Assembly (NCBI GenBank): GCA_013239625.1 | Contig: MU054187.1 | Span: 4,413,757-4,477,756 of the forward strand | Source: Lama guanicoe | Taxonomy: Eukaryota | Direction of reading: 5' to 3' | Length of the DNA stretch: 64,000 nt | Shown here: piece after piece, positions 12,235-24,866 of the stretch | Numbering within the stretch: position 1 is the stretch's first letter | Layout: the number at the start of each line of letters is the position of its first letter | Notes under the pieces: generated by a model | The model's database searches: none | The model's input: the letters and a program-made list of their open reading frames with translations, nothing else | Told to the model about the DNA's origin: nothing | Translations under genes and position numbers: made by a program

Positions 12235-12345
12235 TTTTTGTTAATTTTTTTGGAATTGTTAGCAATTTATTGTTTGTTTGTTTTCATTGAAATGAAGAGT
12301 CAGTTACAATGTGTCGATTTCTAGCGTACAGCATAATGTCCCAGA
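12235..12345 (-). mobile_element. Short L1 3' tail (cetartiodactyl type)
   Basis: T-rich tail then ttcattgaaatgaagagtcagttacaatgtgtcgatttctagcgtacagcataatgtcccag; degenerate TSD agactgtttt / agactggtttt. Confidence 0.7.
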
Positions 12346-13029
12346 AGACTGGTTTTTCATGACTCACCTGAAATACATATTGAGTCATAGTCTGAGTTAT
12401 ACTTTTAACTAGTTTGAGTTCACCTAATCTGCCCTTTTTTTTTTTTTAATTTAATCTTTGCCAGTGCTTGAGCTCGGAGAGGGTTGGACAACAGCTTTAG
12501 ATACTACTGACTTGCCAGTGAGCTCAGAGATGGAAACATCACGGAAATGTTTGAACTGTGTGATTTCTCTCAGTTTTCAAAACTTCCTACTGTCACTTGC
12601 TCAGGTAGTTCTGGGGGCTGAGGTAGGTCTGAAGGCTTACTCGGAAAGGTAATTTGCTTTTGCATGTGTTGTTCTTCCGGATTCCCATCTGTTCTGCCAG
12701 CTGGCACTGTCAGGCTGGTCGGGGCCTCCTGTCCCCGCCGACTCTCTCTGTGGCTCCTCCTCCCCTGAGCCGGGCTGGCAGGGCACGGGTATGGAACCTT
12801 CGTGGGCTTTCAGCCCACCTGCGAAGCGCTTTTTTTCTTGTTCAGATTAGGGTCATCAAGCCTTCTCTGTGTTTGTTACTCTTCCCTAGATGCACAGGAA
12901 ATCACGTTTTTCTTTTGTCCAGGTGAAGTTTCTTGTTATCATGAGATCCAAGGCCTTCCGTATGCTCTGTATCCCAGTTGGAAACAGAAGTCTCACCTGC
13001 ATCTTTGTAATAAGTGCCTAGAAGTAGGA

Positions 13030-13110
13030 AGTCCATCGGTGAGTTGCCACGCCCTGTGGATTCTGAATGGGTTCTACCAATGGGAAACACTGACAGATGA
13101 TCAGCGTCCA
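13030..13110. mobile_element. LTR33/LTR16-like ERVL LTR fragment
   Basis: gccctgtggattctgaatgggttctaccaatgggaaacactgacagatgatcag. Confidence 0.45.
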
Positions 13111-13352
13111 GTTGACTGTACCAAGTGGCATTCTTCTAATTATTCCTTTTCCCAAGACTAAAAATCCATGATATCTGTGCTGTTCTAATGCGCCACCACT
13201 AGTTACTGCTTCCTGGTAACAGAACAGGATATCTGAAAGGGAATAAAACATAAAACCAAGCGTTCTTCTCTAGGACTTACCCTGAGACAAACTCCTTTTC
13301 AGTTATGAAATTGCAGTTCAGAAAACAGGAAGAGGTAAAGATACAGGTGTAA

Positions 13353-13699
13353 AGTGTATCACGGCTGCCATGGTTTGTCTGGGTGGCTCCCCTGACTGGG
13401 TGGTTTGCACGGCAGACATGTATTTCTCACTGTCCTGGAGACCAGGAAGTCCAAGGTCGAGGTGCAGGCGGAGTATATCGTGAGGGCCGGCGTCCTGGTT
13501 TGTAGACAACAATCTTGTCTCTGTGTCCTTAGTTGGCAGAAGGGGTGGGGAAGCTCTCTGGGGTCTCTTTTGTAAGAACACTAATCCCATTCATAAGGGC
13601 TTCATCCTCATGACCTAATCACATCCCAGTACCATCACAGTGGGGTGTCAGGTTTCAACATATTAATTCTGGGGGACCACAAACATTCAGTCCATTGCA
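13353..13699 (-). mobile_element. MLT1A-type MaLR solo LTR
   Basis: tatttctcactgtcctggagaccaggaagtccaaggtc...aagaacactaatcccattcataagggc...ctcatgacctaatcac...acaaacattcagtccattgca. Confidence 0.9.
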
Positions 13700-14677
13700 A
13701 TAACACCACTGCTGCTAATGGTGGAAAGGTAATTGATGATTTACTATATTTTTATATTTCAGATTCAAGCCGATAATGTTAAATGTATTGTCATTTAATT
13801 CAGAACAACCCTGAGTAGAACTGAGACTCAAATTTGGGATCGTTTGACTGTAGAACGTACACATTTTACCACCAAGCTATAAATACTACCTGTGTAACAC
13901 TTTTTTGGGATGATTAATCAATTAATTTTTTTATGTTTTAGATGGTCCTATCAATCAGCTTTTGATCAACCAGTAGTATTTTATTCAACATCTACTTTAT
14001 TAAGGACAGTGATTTAAGCACGGGACATGATGGACATGAAATAATTCAAAGACTGTGTTTGTGAAACATACAGTTTAGTTGGGAAAATAAGGCTTACATA
14101 AAACAGCCAAACAGCCGCAAAATGCTACCAAAGATCGTATAATAAATGCTCTATTTTATGGAGCAAGCCGTCTTTCTTATCATGCAGTTTAGTGTTACCG
14201 CTCAGATCGCAGAACTGCCTGAAATGTAATGGAGCCATTAATTTGATGTTTCCTCGAAGTGTCCATCTTTCCCCGCCAGTCATTTATGTTGACATTCATT
14301 TCCCCGAAGCCCTAAAGACAGCACCTGGCAGACATCAAATACAGAAGTTCAGTCCTCGGTGGAACCTTACCCTGACTTACTTTACAGACGTGCCAGTAGC
14401 CTGGCTCACACCTCCTCTTGCTCTCGGGCCGGACCAGGGGGCAGCGTCGGAGGCTTCGGGGGTGCCCGGGGAGGAGGGGGCTGAGAGCAGCCTCCTGTGG
14501 TGCTGTTGACCCCGGACCTTCTGGATGAGGCTGCGCGTGCAGCCAGACCCCTGCTGTCACAAACAGGGTGATTTATGGTTTCCCCTCCATGCACGAGGCT
14601 TCACTGGTGAGAAGCACCTGGCTCTGCATCTGTAGGTGTGACATGGGGAGTGAGACGTGCCCAGAAGACACGTGTTC

Positions 14678-15010
14678 CCCGTGAATGAGCCTGGAGGACA
14701 TGGTGCCAAGGGGAGTAAGCCTGTCACAAAAGGACAGCTACCGAACCCCCCCAGTTACGGGAGGGACTGCGAGCAGTCAGAGGAACAGAGACCGGGAGTG
14801 GAGTGGTGCGTGCGGGGATTGGGGGGGAGGGGAAGAGGAAGGGAATGCTTAATGGGTGCAGAATTTCAGTTCTGTGAGATGAGGAGTTCTGGAGATGGCT
14901 GGTGGTGATGGCGGCACAGCAGTGTCGGTGCACTTAATGCCACTGAACTGGGCACTTGCAAATGGTTATGATGGTAAATTTTGTATGTATTTTACCATGA
15001 TTAAAAAAGT
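14678..15010 (+). mobile_element. L1MB-like 3' UTR fragment
   Basis: tgcttaatgggtgcagaatttcagttctgtgagatgaggagttctggagatgg...gcacttaatgccactgaactg...atggtaaattttgtatgtattttaccatgattaaaaaa. Confidence 0.85.
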
Positions 15011-15734
15011 GAAATAATATAAAATATGATGCCTCCAGAAAGCCTGGGTTTAAGTGTTAACAAAAAACTGCCCAATAGATTGTATTACATTTGATTAACA
15101 TTGCGCTTAGTTTCTGTGGGTCAGCAGAAGATTCCAGTGTTGACGTCGGCGCTGTTCTCCACTTGCTTATTAATAAGATGAATAGCTTTTTTTTTTTTAG
15201 TGAAAGCTAAAAGTAGAGATTCTTTGGCCTGAAATCATTGCCACCTGCTCGGGAAAGCACTTGAAGGGAACTCCAGTTACACTTCTTGCCTCGACAGGAG
15301 AGCCCCAAACCTCAGGGCTTTGAGACAGAAATCCAATCTCCTGAGGACCAGAAAACTAACGTGGGAAAGCCGGGCCCACGTGCTTGATGAGCACAAGGCG
15401 TGGGTGTCTTTCAAACAGCTTGAGGGAGACGGAGAGCGCCTGTAGTCCAACACTGACTCTTATTGTGAAGACCAGTTTTTTAAGGGGGGGAAAGAAAAAA
15501 AGAGGAGACTTGAATCTCATCTACGCTCTCTCCTATTTGGCATTTAGAGATGACTGGGAGGCTGGAAAGTTGTCAGTTTGTAATCATAGCAGAAAACAGA
15601 GATTTGTTGACATAATTTCTTGGCATGATGTTTAGAGTTATTTCAGTACTATTACATAATTTCTATTTTTATTTTTCAAGGGCCATGGTGACTTATTTAA
15701 TAGATAGTCATTTAAAAATTATAATTTATAGAAG

Positions 15735-16300
15735 TAGAGTTATCCTGTGACCCAGCAGTCCCACTGCTGGGTCCGCCCAGAAGAACTGAAAGCAGGATCT
15801 TGAAGAGAGATTTGTACCCCTACGTTCATAGCAGCATTATTCACAATTGCAAACATGTGGAGGCAACTTAAGTGTACATCAGAGTATGAATGACTAACCA
15901 AAACATGGTCGATACACACAATGCAATAATATTTAGCCTTAAAAAGGAAAGAAGTTCTGACACATGCTGCAACATGGATGAACCTTGAGGGCATCATGCT
16001 AAGTGAAGTAAGCCACTCACAAAAAGACATACTGTATGATTCCACTAATATGAGCTACTTAGTCAGACTCATGGAGGCAGGAAGAATGGTGGTTACCAGG
16101 GGCTGGCAGAGGAGGAGTGGGAGTTCATATTTAATGGGTCTAGAGTTTCAGTTGTACAAGATAAACAGTGTTCTGGAAATGACGGTGGACATGATTGTCC
16201 AGCCTTCTGGTGTGTGTAATACCACTGACCTGTACACTTCAAAGCAGTTAAGATGGTAAATTTTATGTTAAGTGTATTTTACCACAGTAGAAAAATTGAA
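15735..16300 (+). mobile_element. L1MA/L1MB-like LINE 3' end (ORF2 C-terminus remnant plus 3' UTR)
   Basis: gacccagcagtcccactgctggg...catagcagcattattcacaattgc...acatggatgaaccttgagggcatcatgctaagtgaagtaagcc (MNLEGIMLSEVS)...aaattttatgttaagtgtattttaccacag. Confidence 0.9.
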
Positions 16301-16444
16301 AACTTCCTATGTTTTTTTTTCTTGGAAGAAATATTTTTCACAATATAGGTTAGTAAGGAATTTTGCACATAAAAATTTGAATAACTACAAAATACATGTT
16401 TTCTACAGCGGTTTCCGCTGGATAAAGAAATACTGATCTTGTTT

Positions 16445-17091
16445 TGCTAGTTTTTTTGAGGAACCTTCGTGTTGTTTTCCGTAGTGGCTGAACCAATTTA
16501 CATTCCCGCCAGCAGTGCACAGGGTTCCCGTTTCTCCACAGCCTCTCCAGCATTTGTTGTTAGTGGCCTTTTGACGCTAGCCATTCTGGCAGGTGTGAGG
16601 TGATACCTCATTGTGGTTTTGATTTGCATTTCCGTCATGTAATCATGAGTGATGCTGAGTGCGTTTTCATGGACCTGTTGGCCATCTGTGTGACTTCTTT
16701 GGAAAAATGTCTATTCAGATCCTCTGCCTATTTTTTAATTGGGTTGTTTGTTATTTTGATATTGACTTGTATGAGATGCTTATGTGTTTTGGATATTAAC
16801 CCCGATCAGACACAGCGTTTGCAAATATTATCTCCCATTCAGTAAGTTGTCTTTTTGTTTTGTCAGTTGTTTCCTTTGCTGTGCAAAAGCTTTTAAATTT
16901 AATTAGGTCCCATTTGTTTACTTTTGCTTTTTGTTTTCCTTGCCCGAGGAGATAGAGCCAAAAAATATTGCTACAATTTATGGCGAAGAGTTTTCTTCCT
17001 GTGTTTTCTTCTAGGAGTTTTATGGTTTCCGGTCTTACATTTAGGTCTTTAATCCAATTTGAGTTTATTTTTGTAAATGATGTGAGAAGTA
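16445..17091 (-). mobile_element. L1 ORF2 fragment (degenerate)
   Basis: Minus-strand translation FTKINSNWIKDLNVRPETIKLLEENTG...KWDLIKFKSFCTAKET...[11 protein letters not shown] and HCWRECKLVQPL is characteristic of the L1 ORF2 C-terminal region; frameshifted. Confidence 0.95.
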
Positions 17092-18149
17092 CAATGACTT
17101 TGGAAGAACCGTGCTGACCAGAAAGAAAACACCTCTTAATATATTTTGGATTTAGGAAATCTCTAGTGCTGCACAAGTCTGAAACATTTTTAAGGAAGGA
17201 GGCTTCTTTATTCTTTTTCCCCAGAGAAGCACGTTAGTCCCACAGAATATGTCAAAACCGCCTTATTTATATTCATGTTCCTGCATCCAAGTAACAGTGC
17301 CACCCCCCCTGCGGCTGGGAATTAGCCTGGGAACCACCATACACTCTGTTTGCTTTGTTATTTTATTAATCTATCTCAATGAGATATTATTTCCAGCTAC
17401 TGCCTCATGATCATTAAAACCCTGGAAAATGACAACGTTCGTCACTGGATCAGTTAATAATGTGCTAGGTGTAAAAACGTGTATTTGTAGAATAAGCTGT
17501 GTGTCAGTGCCATTTTGAAGAGTGTTAAAAATGAACATTTGAGATGTGCAACACTCTTTTTTAAAATGTATTATTTGGAACCAGGTGTCTTTATCCCTAA
17601 AAAAAAAAAATGCAACACTGACATTGTAGTCAGCATCTTACAGGTTTTTCCGTTATGACATTTTGAGAAATTTCTATCTTGGATCTACGTGGGTTTGCTA
17701 AGTGTTATTATGTCTAGAGAATCAATGAGCAAAAGTGACGGGTTACATCTGAGTGAACTTAGTGAGACTTTCCAGTGTGCTTTTCTTTTTTTGTGAAGCC
17801 TAGAGAAATAGTGGGATCTGTTTCAACTCAGTCCAAATAAGTTAATTCTTGGAGCACATAAACGGCCTCTTTTAAGATGAATCCACAGCATGCGAGGGGC
17901 ATGTCAGCGAGGTCTTTTTAGTTTGAACCTCAAGGAGATGTCCAGTTGTATAAATCTGCCTTTTTGGAAATAAAAGATAATTTCCTAGAATGTGTAGATA
18001 TCAGTGACTCATAATCAGGTGACTCCCCTGTGCCTGTCATTTTGACACATTTTCACCGAAACACCCAGGTACATATTATTTGCTGGTGAAGATCTGGTGG
18101 AAAGAGATGGCTGAGCGACCAGCCCCCATTTAGTGAGTAAGCGCTGTGT

Positions 18150-18320
18150 CCTGAATCCTTTGTCACCTCCTTTGTGAGATGTTGACAGTTAATCTTCACA
18201 GTGACCTTTGAGGTAAGGGCTACAGTTCTCTCCATTCTCAGACCAGAAAATCTGGGCTTTGAGAGGTTTACTTACTCAAGATCACATAGTTCGTGAAGGC
18301 AGGATTGAACCCAGCTGATA
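18150..18320 (-). mobile_element. MIR SINE
   Basis: ttaatcttcacagtgacctttgaggtaaggg...ctccattctcagaccagaaaatctgggctttgagagg...cttactcaagatcacatag. Confidence 0.75.
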
Positions 18321-18949
18321 GACAAACGCCCAAGATTGTCCAGTAGGTAATCATTTTGGTTCCAGTGCTGTGTCCCGACATAATGCTGCCTGGAATCCTT
18401 GGAGAGCTGTCAACTCTGTCTTCTGCAGCCTCAGGAAGATGGCATGTGCCCTGAGCTTACTCTCTACGTAACCCACTGTGATGCATGCTGCTGGGTCTAA
18501 GATCCGGCAGGACGCACAGACCTGGGCCCTCTTGGAATCTCTGACTTGTTTAAAAATATCTACGGAGCGTCACATCCTGACATCCTAGGGTTTAAGTCTT
18601 GGGATTAAGATAACCAAGTGGAGGGCGTGGTTTATTGGGGAGGTACAGCTGTAACTAACCTTCCTTACTGCGCTGAATGTGTTCCTGGAGACCGGTGAGG
18701 CGCCAGGGCATGAGGAGGAGGGAGTGGTAAAAGCTTGGGGAGGTCAAGGGATCGCGTCTCAAAGGAGGGATTGTCCGAGCTGTGCTAACACCCAGTGGGC
18801 TGAAGCCCGCAGACACACATCAGGACACGTGGGGTCCCTCAGGCCGTGAGTGGCACCTGCAGTGTGAGGCCAGGAGGAAGGGTGGCCCCCAAGAGCATCA
18901 TGCAGGGGTTCAGAATCGCTGGGGACCGTGCAGAAGGAGGTGGGGGCAG

Positions 18950-19190
18950 GAGATGCCCCTCCTTGAATTGATAGGATACCCGGGCTGCCAGCCTGAGTCA
19001 GGTCTGGCTTTGACCCTAAAGGGGATGGAGAGCCACTGACAGTAGGTATAGGAGTGGGGGAATAGGAGGGCATGGTCATAATCTGATATAAAAATATAGA
19101 TTTTGCTGCCACGCGAAAGACTGGCAGTCTGGGCATCGGGAGACAGGTTGCAAGGTGATGGTTCTGGTCCAGGTGGTGTGTTAGGATGAA
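18950..19190 (-). mobile_element. L2 fragment
   Basis: ggtctggctttgaccctaaaggggatggagagccactgacag...gcatggtcataatctgat. Confidence 0.55.
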
Positions 19191-20689
19191 ACATTGGGAA
19201 GGGAGTGTGGCTGCATTTTCAGCTCAGTAAACTCGCTGCTGCCAGGTCTCCCTACCTCAGGAGGCCATCTGTTCAGATCCGAGGTTGTTCGTTGCTGGCA
19301 CGCTTTCATCACGAGCCGTATTTGCCCCTGTAACGGTCACCAGTCAGAGTGATGTCTCTTCCCCATAAGGGTCAGCCCTCCACGCCCACTCCCAGGCACT
19401 TCCTCAGTTGATTTTAAATCTTTCTAGGTCCTCTTCCTAACTGTCTGTGCCTCAGTTTGTCAAGATCCGATGGTACTCAGCGCTCTTGGCGGCCTGGGTT
19501 GCCTTGCAGGTACCGGGTAATTCCAGGCTCACGCGTCTTCTGAGAGACGTAGCAGTGGGGAGGGGGAGAGAGGCTGGGGACTCCAGGGAGGATTCAGGCG
19601 CTAAGCTGGGCTTTAGAAGGAGGACTGTGATGAGTCCGTCCAGAGCAGAATAGAACATCACCCAGTGCCCCGCACCCGTGGACCGATTCGGAGCAGCGTA
19701 GTGCTTGCGTGCATTTGTGCTGAGTTCAATGCTTCTGTTAGTTCAGCCTGTAATTTCTCTAGTATTTTTGTGATAGTTGAGAGTCGAGTGAGAAACTCAA
19801 GCTCCTAGGTCTCTTCCTCGTTAATTAGTTGATAACTTCCGCGGTGGATGCATTACTCCCACGTTGGGGGATGATGAACTTTGTAAGGTCAAAGGCTCTT
19901 TCTTACTTAGTCCTCGTCCCTTTTTCCGTCTAGTGTTGTGACCAACAAGCACATGGTGGCACCTTAGGATATAGTTATGGAATGAACGCTATTTATTTAT
20001 TTCCCTATATTTGATTTTAGAACTGGGAAATTATTCCATCTTCACACATTTGGAATCATGATTCTATTATGTAAAATTTTAGCCATTTTTAACCTCGAAT
20101 TAGTGATAACTTTGGTAAGCCTGTCTTGTGTCTCTGTTTACATCATAGTTAATATTAAGCACGTGCAGTGGACTAGGAGAGAGCCTTGTGCGTGTTTAAG
20201 AAGTATTTCCCAGTTAATGTGTCAAAGGGTTTTAAAGGATGGCTTTAGAGTTGATTTGTAGCCTGGCCCACGTTTAAGTTCCCATACTTGTTAGTTTTTT
20301 TCCTGCATATTTCTTGGTAATTCTTTTCCCTTTTATGTGTTACTCTCTGTGGGTCCTCAGTCGTGTTAGGAAGGCTACCCGTTTACGCTGAGGTTTATCT
20401 TAGACTAAACGTTGTTGGACCACTGTCTGAAGACCTGTTAAAAGACCACAACCAGCAGGCTGTAGGAAGCTGTAGGACAGTGGAATAATTTAGTTTCCCT
20501 ATAAGCAGTATGATTGACGGCAGGTTTTGTTTTTTCTTTTTTGATGGTGTCCAGGTACTTAGCCGTCAGGTTGCTATCATCCTGCTTAAGTACTGGAAGA
20601 TGTTGACACCATCTGCTGAAGGAGTTTCAGATCTTATTGCCGAGGTTCATGATTTTCAGGTTAAATAATGGTGGCACGGAATTTTGTTT

Positions 20690-21230
20690 TGTTCGTTTTT
20701 AATCAGTTTTGTTGAGACAGATACTGTATATACAATTAAATTAGCTGATTTCAGTGTATAATTAAGTGCGTTTTCACAGATACACACGGTCATGTCCCCA
20801 CCACTACAGTCATGACACTGGACCTTTCCATCCCCCAACGTGGTCTGTCCTGCCTCTCCGCAGTCAGCCTCTACCCCCACCACCGACCCCTGGTAACACT
20901 TGATCTGCTTTCTATTGCTGTAGTTTGTTTTCTCTATAATCTCTTACATATTTAGCCATTTGTGTTTGACTTCCATCCCATGGTGTAATACTTTCGAGAT
21001 TCATCTATGTTGTTGTGTCATCAGTGATTAAGTAGTATTTTTACTACCAAGTAGCAGTCCCTTGTGTGAGACACCACAATTTTTTCATCCATTGACCAGT
21101 TGATGGACATTTGAGTTCTTTCTAGTTTGGGGCCGTTATAAATAAGACTATCGTGACCATTCTTGTACAAGTCTTTGTGTGGAATTTGTGTCTTTAAACC
21201 TACCTAGGGGTGGAATTACTGAGCGTGTGT
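20690..21230 (-). mobile_element. Old L1M (MB/ME-like) 3' UTR
   Basis: aatcagttttgttgagacagata...cccctggtaacacttgatctgctttct...ttcgagattcatctatgttgttg...catccattgaccagttgatggacatttgagtt. Confidence 0.85.
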
Positions 21231-22049
21231 AGAGGGGATCTTCTGTCATCTGTTGGCCTGTTTTGATTTATCTTGCCCTGCTTCCCCACGTGGACTCTTT
21301 ACTGAATCTGTCAACTCAGGAAACCATATGTGGAGGTACGAACTAAGGCTCTAAGCACACACGCTCACACATCTACATCCGTCATGTGCAAACCTTGACT
21401 CGGGTGCCACCGTGAAGGTCCCTTCGTGGTCCCAGCCTGCAGTAGGTGAGGGCATCCTCTCATGCTTTCTGGTTCTCTGGCAGCTGCGGCCGTGCAATGT
21501 CAATAACTGGGAAGTCAACCCATGACTGTGGATGGTAAGTCTCTGATCTGGGTAGGTTCGGTGCTCCTGAATGACTCCAGACTTGTAGAGAATAAGAGTC
21601 CTGTCTGAACTCATGGCTCTAGGAATAATTTACCTTGAAATCCTTACTTTAAAAAACTGCTTATGTAAGCTGTCGAATCCCTATGTCTTGCTGGATAGCT
21701 TTCTATCAAATCGACTTGAAGAGGTAGCAAAGCTATGATTATGATTTGACTACAAACAAGAAAGGGAAATTCTATTTTTAGAGTAGGTTTATGTAGGTTA
21801 GACAGCCTCAGAGCATCCCAAGTTTCATTTCCCATTTCTCAAGGGCCTTAAAAAGGTTGAATCTAGCTGGCTCAGTGGAGCAAAAGGCAGAGATGTTCTT
21901 GATGGCTTTTTTGAGCAGTGTTTCCTATTAATACACAGTTGAGTTGACTCACCAAGTGGTGTTCATTCCGTGTAGAATAATGGATGTGTAGAAAGATGGA
22001 TGAAATTATGAACGCTGAAGGGTTATTTATGAAAATTAAAGATCAGTTA

Positions 22050-22185
22050 TGACATAAGAGAGCACTGGGTTGGCACCTACTAGCAGAATTGAGGTCTAGG
22101 ACCAGCTGAGCTGTGTGACTTTGAAGAGGTCACTTGGCCACTCTGGGCTTTCATTTCCTCAGCTATGAAGTGAGTCAGTTGAAAG
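22050..22185 (+). mobile_element. MIR SINE
   Basis: agctgtgtgactttgaagaggtcacttggccactctgggctttcatttcctcagctatgaagtgag. Confidence 0.75.
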
Positions 22186-22807
22186 AATATGTGCTGTGAA
22201 TGATTTTTATTGGGATGGCCTTGAGTCTACATGGCAACTTTGAAAATACATCCAGTCCTGAAGTTCCTTGTATATGTGTGACTTTTCTACCTCTGAATCA
22301 TTGGAGTCAAAATTCAGCTCTTTCTTACTTTCTCTCTTCCAAAGTATGAGAAGGAAAAGGCAGAAATAGTGTTAAAGATGAAAAGGAATTTTTGATACAA
22401 CTTGAGGACAAAACAAAACATACTGTTTTCAAAATAGTAAAATATAAAACTTTTATTTTGTTATTATGGGTCACAATCAATTTATGTTGGACCAGAGGTA
22501 TTTTGGATGAAAATTTATCTAATGTCCTGTTCAAAGTCTATGATTGTATTCATTTGCATTCCTGGAATCCCATATATTTCAGCAAGCAAATAAAATAAAG
22601 TCTTAAATTGCTGGCAGTAAGCAATCAAAAAGAGCCATGGAAATTGAAGTTTCCATCTCCATTTTAATTTAGTACTAGTTTTTATTTTATGTTCTTGTTG
22701 AACATTGTTGGGTAATGAGTCAAGGGAGGGTAGATTATTTTGAAAGCTTTAAATGCGAGAGTTGGAATTATCAGTCTTAGCTGTTATTTAAATAGACATT
22801 TTCAGGC

Positions 22808-22846
22808 TTTCTTTTTCTTTTTCTTTTTTTTTTTTTTTTTTTTTTT
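22808..22846 (+). repeat. Poly(T)/(CTTTT)n tract
   Basis: Directly visible T-rich run of ~39 nt. Confidence 0.95.
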
Positions 22847-23861
22847 ATGGTGACGTTTTCCACCATGGTATTTTTCTTGTGAGCTGCCAGATGTCCAGAT
22901 AATGATCACTTGCATGAGTCATCTGAGTCTCTCCTAGAAGAGTAAGAACATTTATGTGACACCCAGACTTGGGGACACAACTTTCCTCCAAAAGCCCCAG
23001 TTTCTTTCCTTCTGTCACATTGTTTCTGGCCATAAGAACATGCCTGGTCCATGTTAATTATTTCCTTCCTAAAAATGAAATATTGTAGACCCCAAAATTG
23101 GGGTAATGTCGCCTCCAAGGGCTGTCCTTGCTCCAGGAGAAAGGAGGCTCGTGTTTGTGAGCTTGTGTGGGAGCTTTGTGTGGAGGATGAGGAAGAGAAA
23201 ATGCTGACTTGCAATGTTTTAGTCCGTTGCAAACATTAACAAAGTTTCTGAAATATAAACACTATATCCGTTTGCCTCCCATGAGATAGGGTTTCTTGTG
23301 AAAAGGCTACATTAGTTTCTGCCAGGTTTTTGTGGATTAGAAAGACTGTGGGTCGTGCTAGGGGTGTGGAGCCTGGACAAAGCCATGCTGGGGTCTCCAA
23401 GAGAATGGCAACCCACAGGCTCGTTTGGGTATCTTCCATTAAACGCACAAACAAAGCCAACACTATAGTTGATTTTTATCTTCTTCTAGAATTAATTTAA
23501 AGTTTTACTATCGCAACTGTATTAGGAAGAAGCTTCGGACCCAGTTTTTTCCCAGGTATATTAGGAAATCCACTGTCTCTGGAACACAGTGATAATTGGT
23601 TTCTTTTAAATGATACTTTAAACATTATTCACTTTTATTCTCCAGGATAATGTTTAATCTGTACTTTTATTTTAGAAATCTCCAACTGGACATCCCAGTT
23701 CCTGTCCTGTTAAGTCTAGAATTGGAAGTCAGCAAGGCTCTCCACGGCCTGAGAGGGAAGTAAAGGTAATTACATGTTAGAAAGTGAATTATTAAATTCA
23801 TGTGTTCATCTGTGATCATAAAGTAATGACAACCCCTCATTTGTTGAGCAGAATGTGGGTG

Positions 23862-23990
23862 TCCCCCTGCCTCCTTTTCCACCATCTCCCTCCTGTTCAC
23901 CCTCCCTCCTTGTCCCTCCTCTCCTGCACCCCCCAGTCCCTCCTTCTCTCTCTGCCTTCTCCTCCCCTCTTCCCTCCTCTCCCTCTTTCC
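23862..23990 (+). repeat. CT-rich polypyrimidine low-complexity tract
   Basis: ~130 nt of mostly C/T (cctccctcct-like units). Confidence 0.85.
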
Positions 23991-24551
23991 ACGTATCCAC
24001 CCAGCAAAGGTGTGTGGAGTCCGTCCTTTGGGGTCTGGCGGAAATAGCCTCCGAAACGGGCGGCCCACCCAGCTCTGCCGGCTCCTGCCTGTCCCATCGC
24101 TGCCCCCAGGCCTTCCCCCTCGGCCCTGAGATGCCCGCGCTTCCCCGGCTCTCTGTGAAGTTGCCTGGCGTTTGCTTGCGGTGGCTTTTTCTGCAGGTTC
24201 GGTGGCTGTCCAGCCTCCTCGGTTAGATGCGCAGTCACGCGTGGGGATGACGGAGCAGGCGTGTACTGTCTCCTAACGGGTGAATTTGTAAATGTGCTCG
24301 CTTGGTGTGAGACCTGGTTTATTTTTCCCAGCCACCAACATAATACATACCTTGCAAAAAAAAGTTAAATGATCCTGATCCAAAACATAGAATGTGACCA
24401 TCTACACCAAAGCCACTCCCCAGAAATAATGCCAGTTAAATTTGTGTGCACACATCTTAATTCTTTTCCTCTCTCTGCATATACTAATGTTGTTAATGAA
24501 GGTGTTTTATGAAATTTTTAAAATTTACTTAAGAATAGATCTTGAGTAGCA

Positions 24552-24866
24552 TTAGAATCCATTAGCGTGGACCAGGCTTTGATCGTGATCCAGACATTGG
24601 GTTATTTTGGTTTCTCTCATTGGATAGTGTCATTTTTCCATCATTCTTTTTTTTTTAAAGTATTTCATTTACTTATTATTGTATTATTTAATTATTTTAT
24701 TTTGCTGATTTAGAATCCATTAGCGTGGACCAGGCTTTGATCGTGATCCAAACATTGGGTTATTTTGGTTTCTCTTATTGGATAGTGTCATTTTTCCATC
24801 ATTCTTTTTTTTTTAAAAGTATTTCATTTACTTATTATTGTATTATTTAATTATTTTATTTTGCTG
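24552..24866 (+). repeat. Tandem duplication, period ~158 bp, 2 copies
   Basis: 24552-24707 vs 24710-24866 differ by 2 substitutions (cagac/caaac, tctcat/tcttat) and one extra A. Confidence 0.95.

Noticed and set aside
16796..17176. 126-aa ORF with clear protein similarity
   Set aside because: It is a decayed L1 ORF2 fragment, not a host gene.
24552..24866. Direct repeats as a possible CRISPR-like or satellite array
   Set aside because: Only two long copies, no repeat-spacer structure, and mammalian context.
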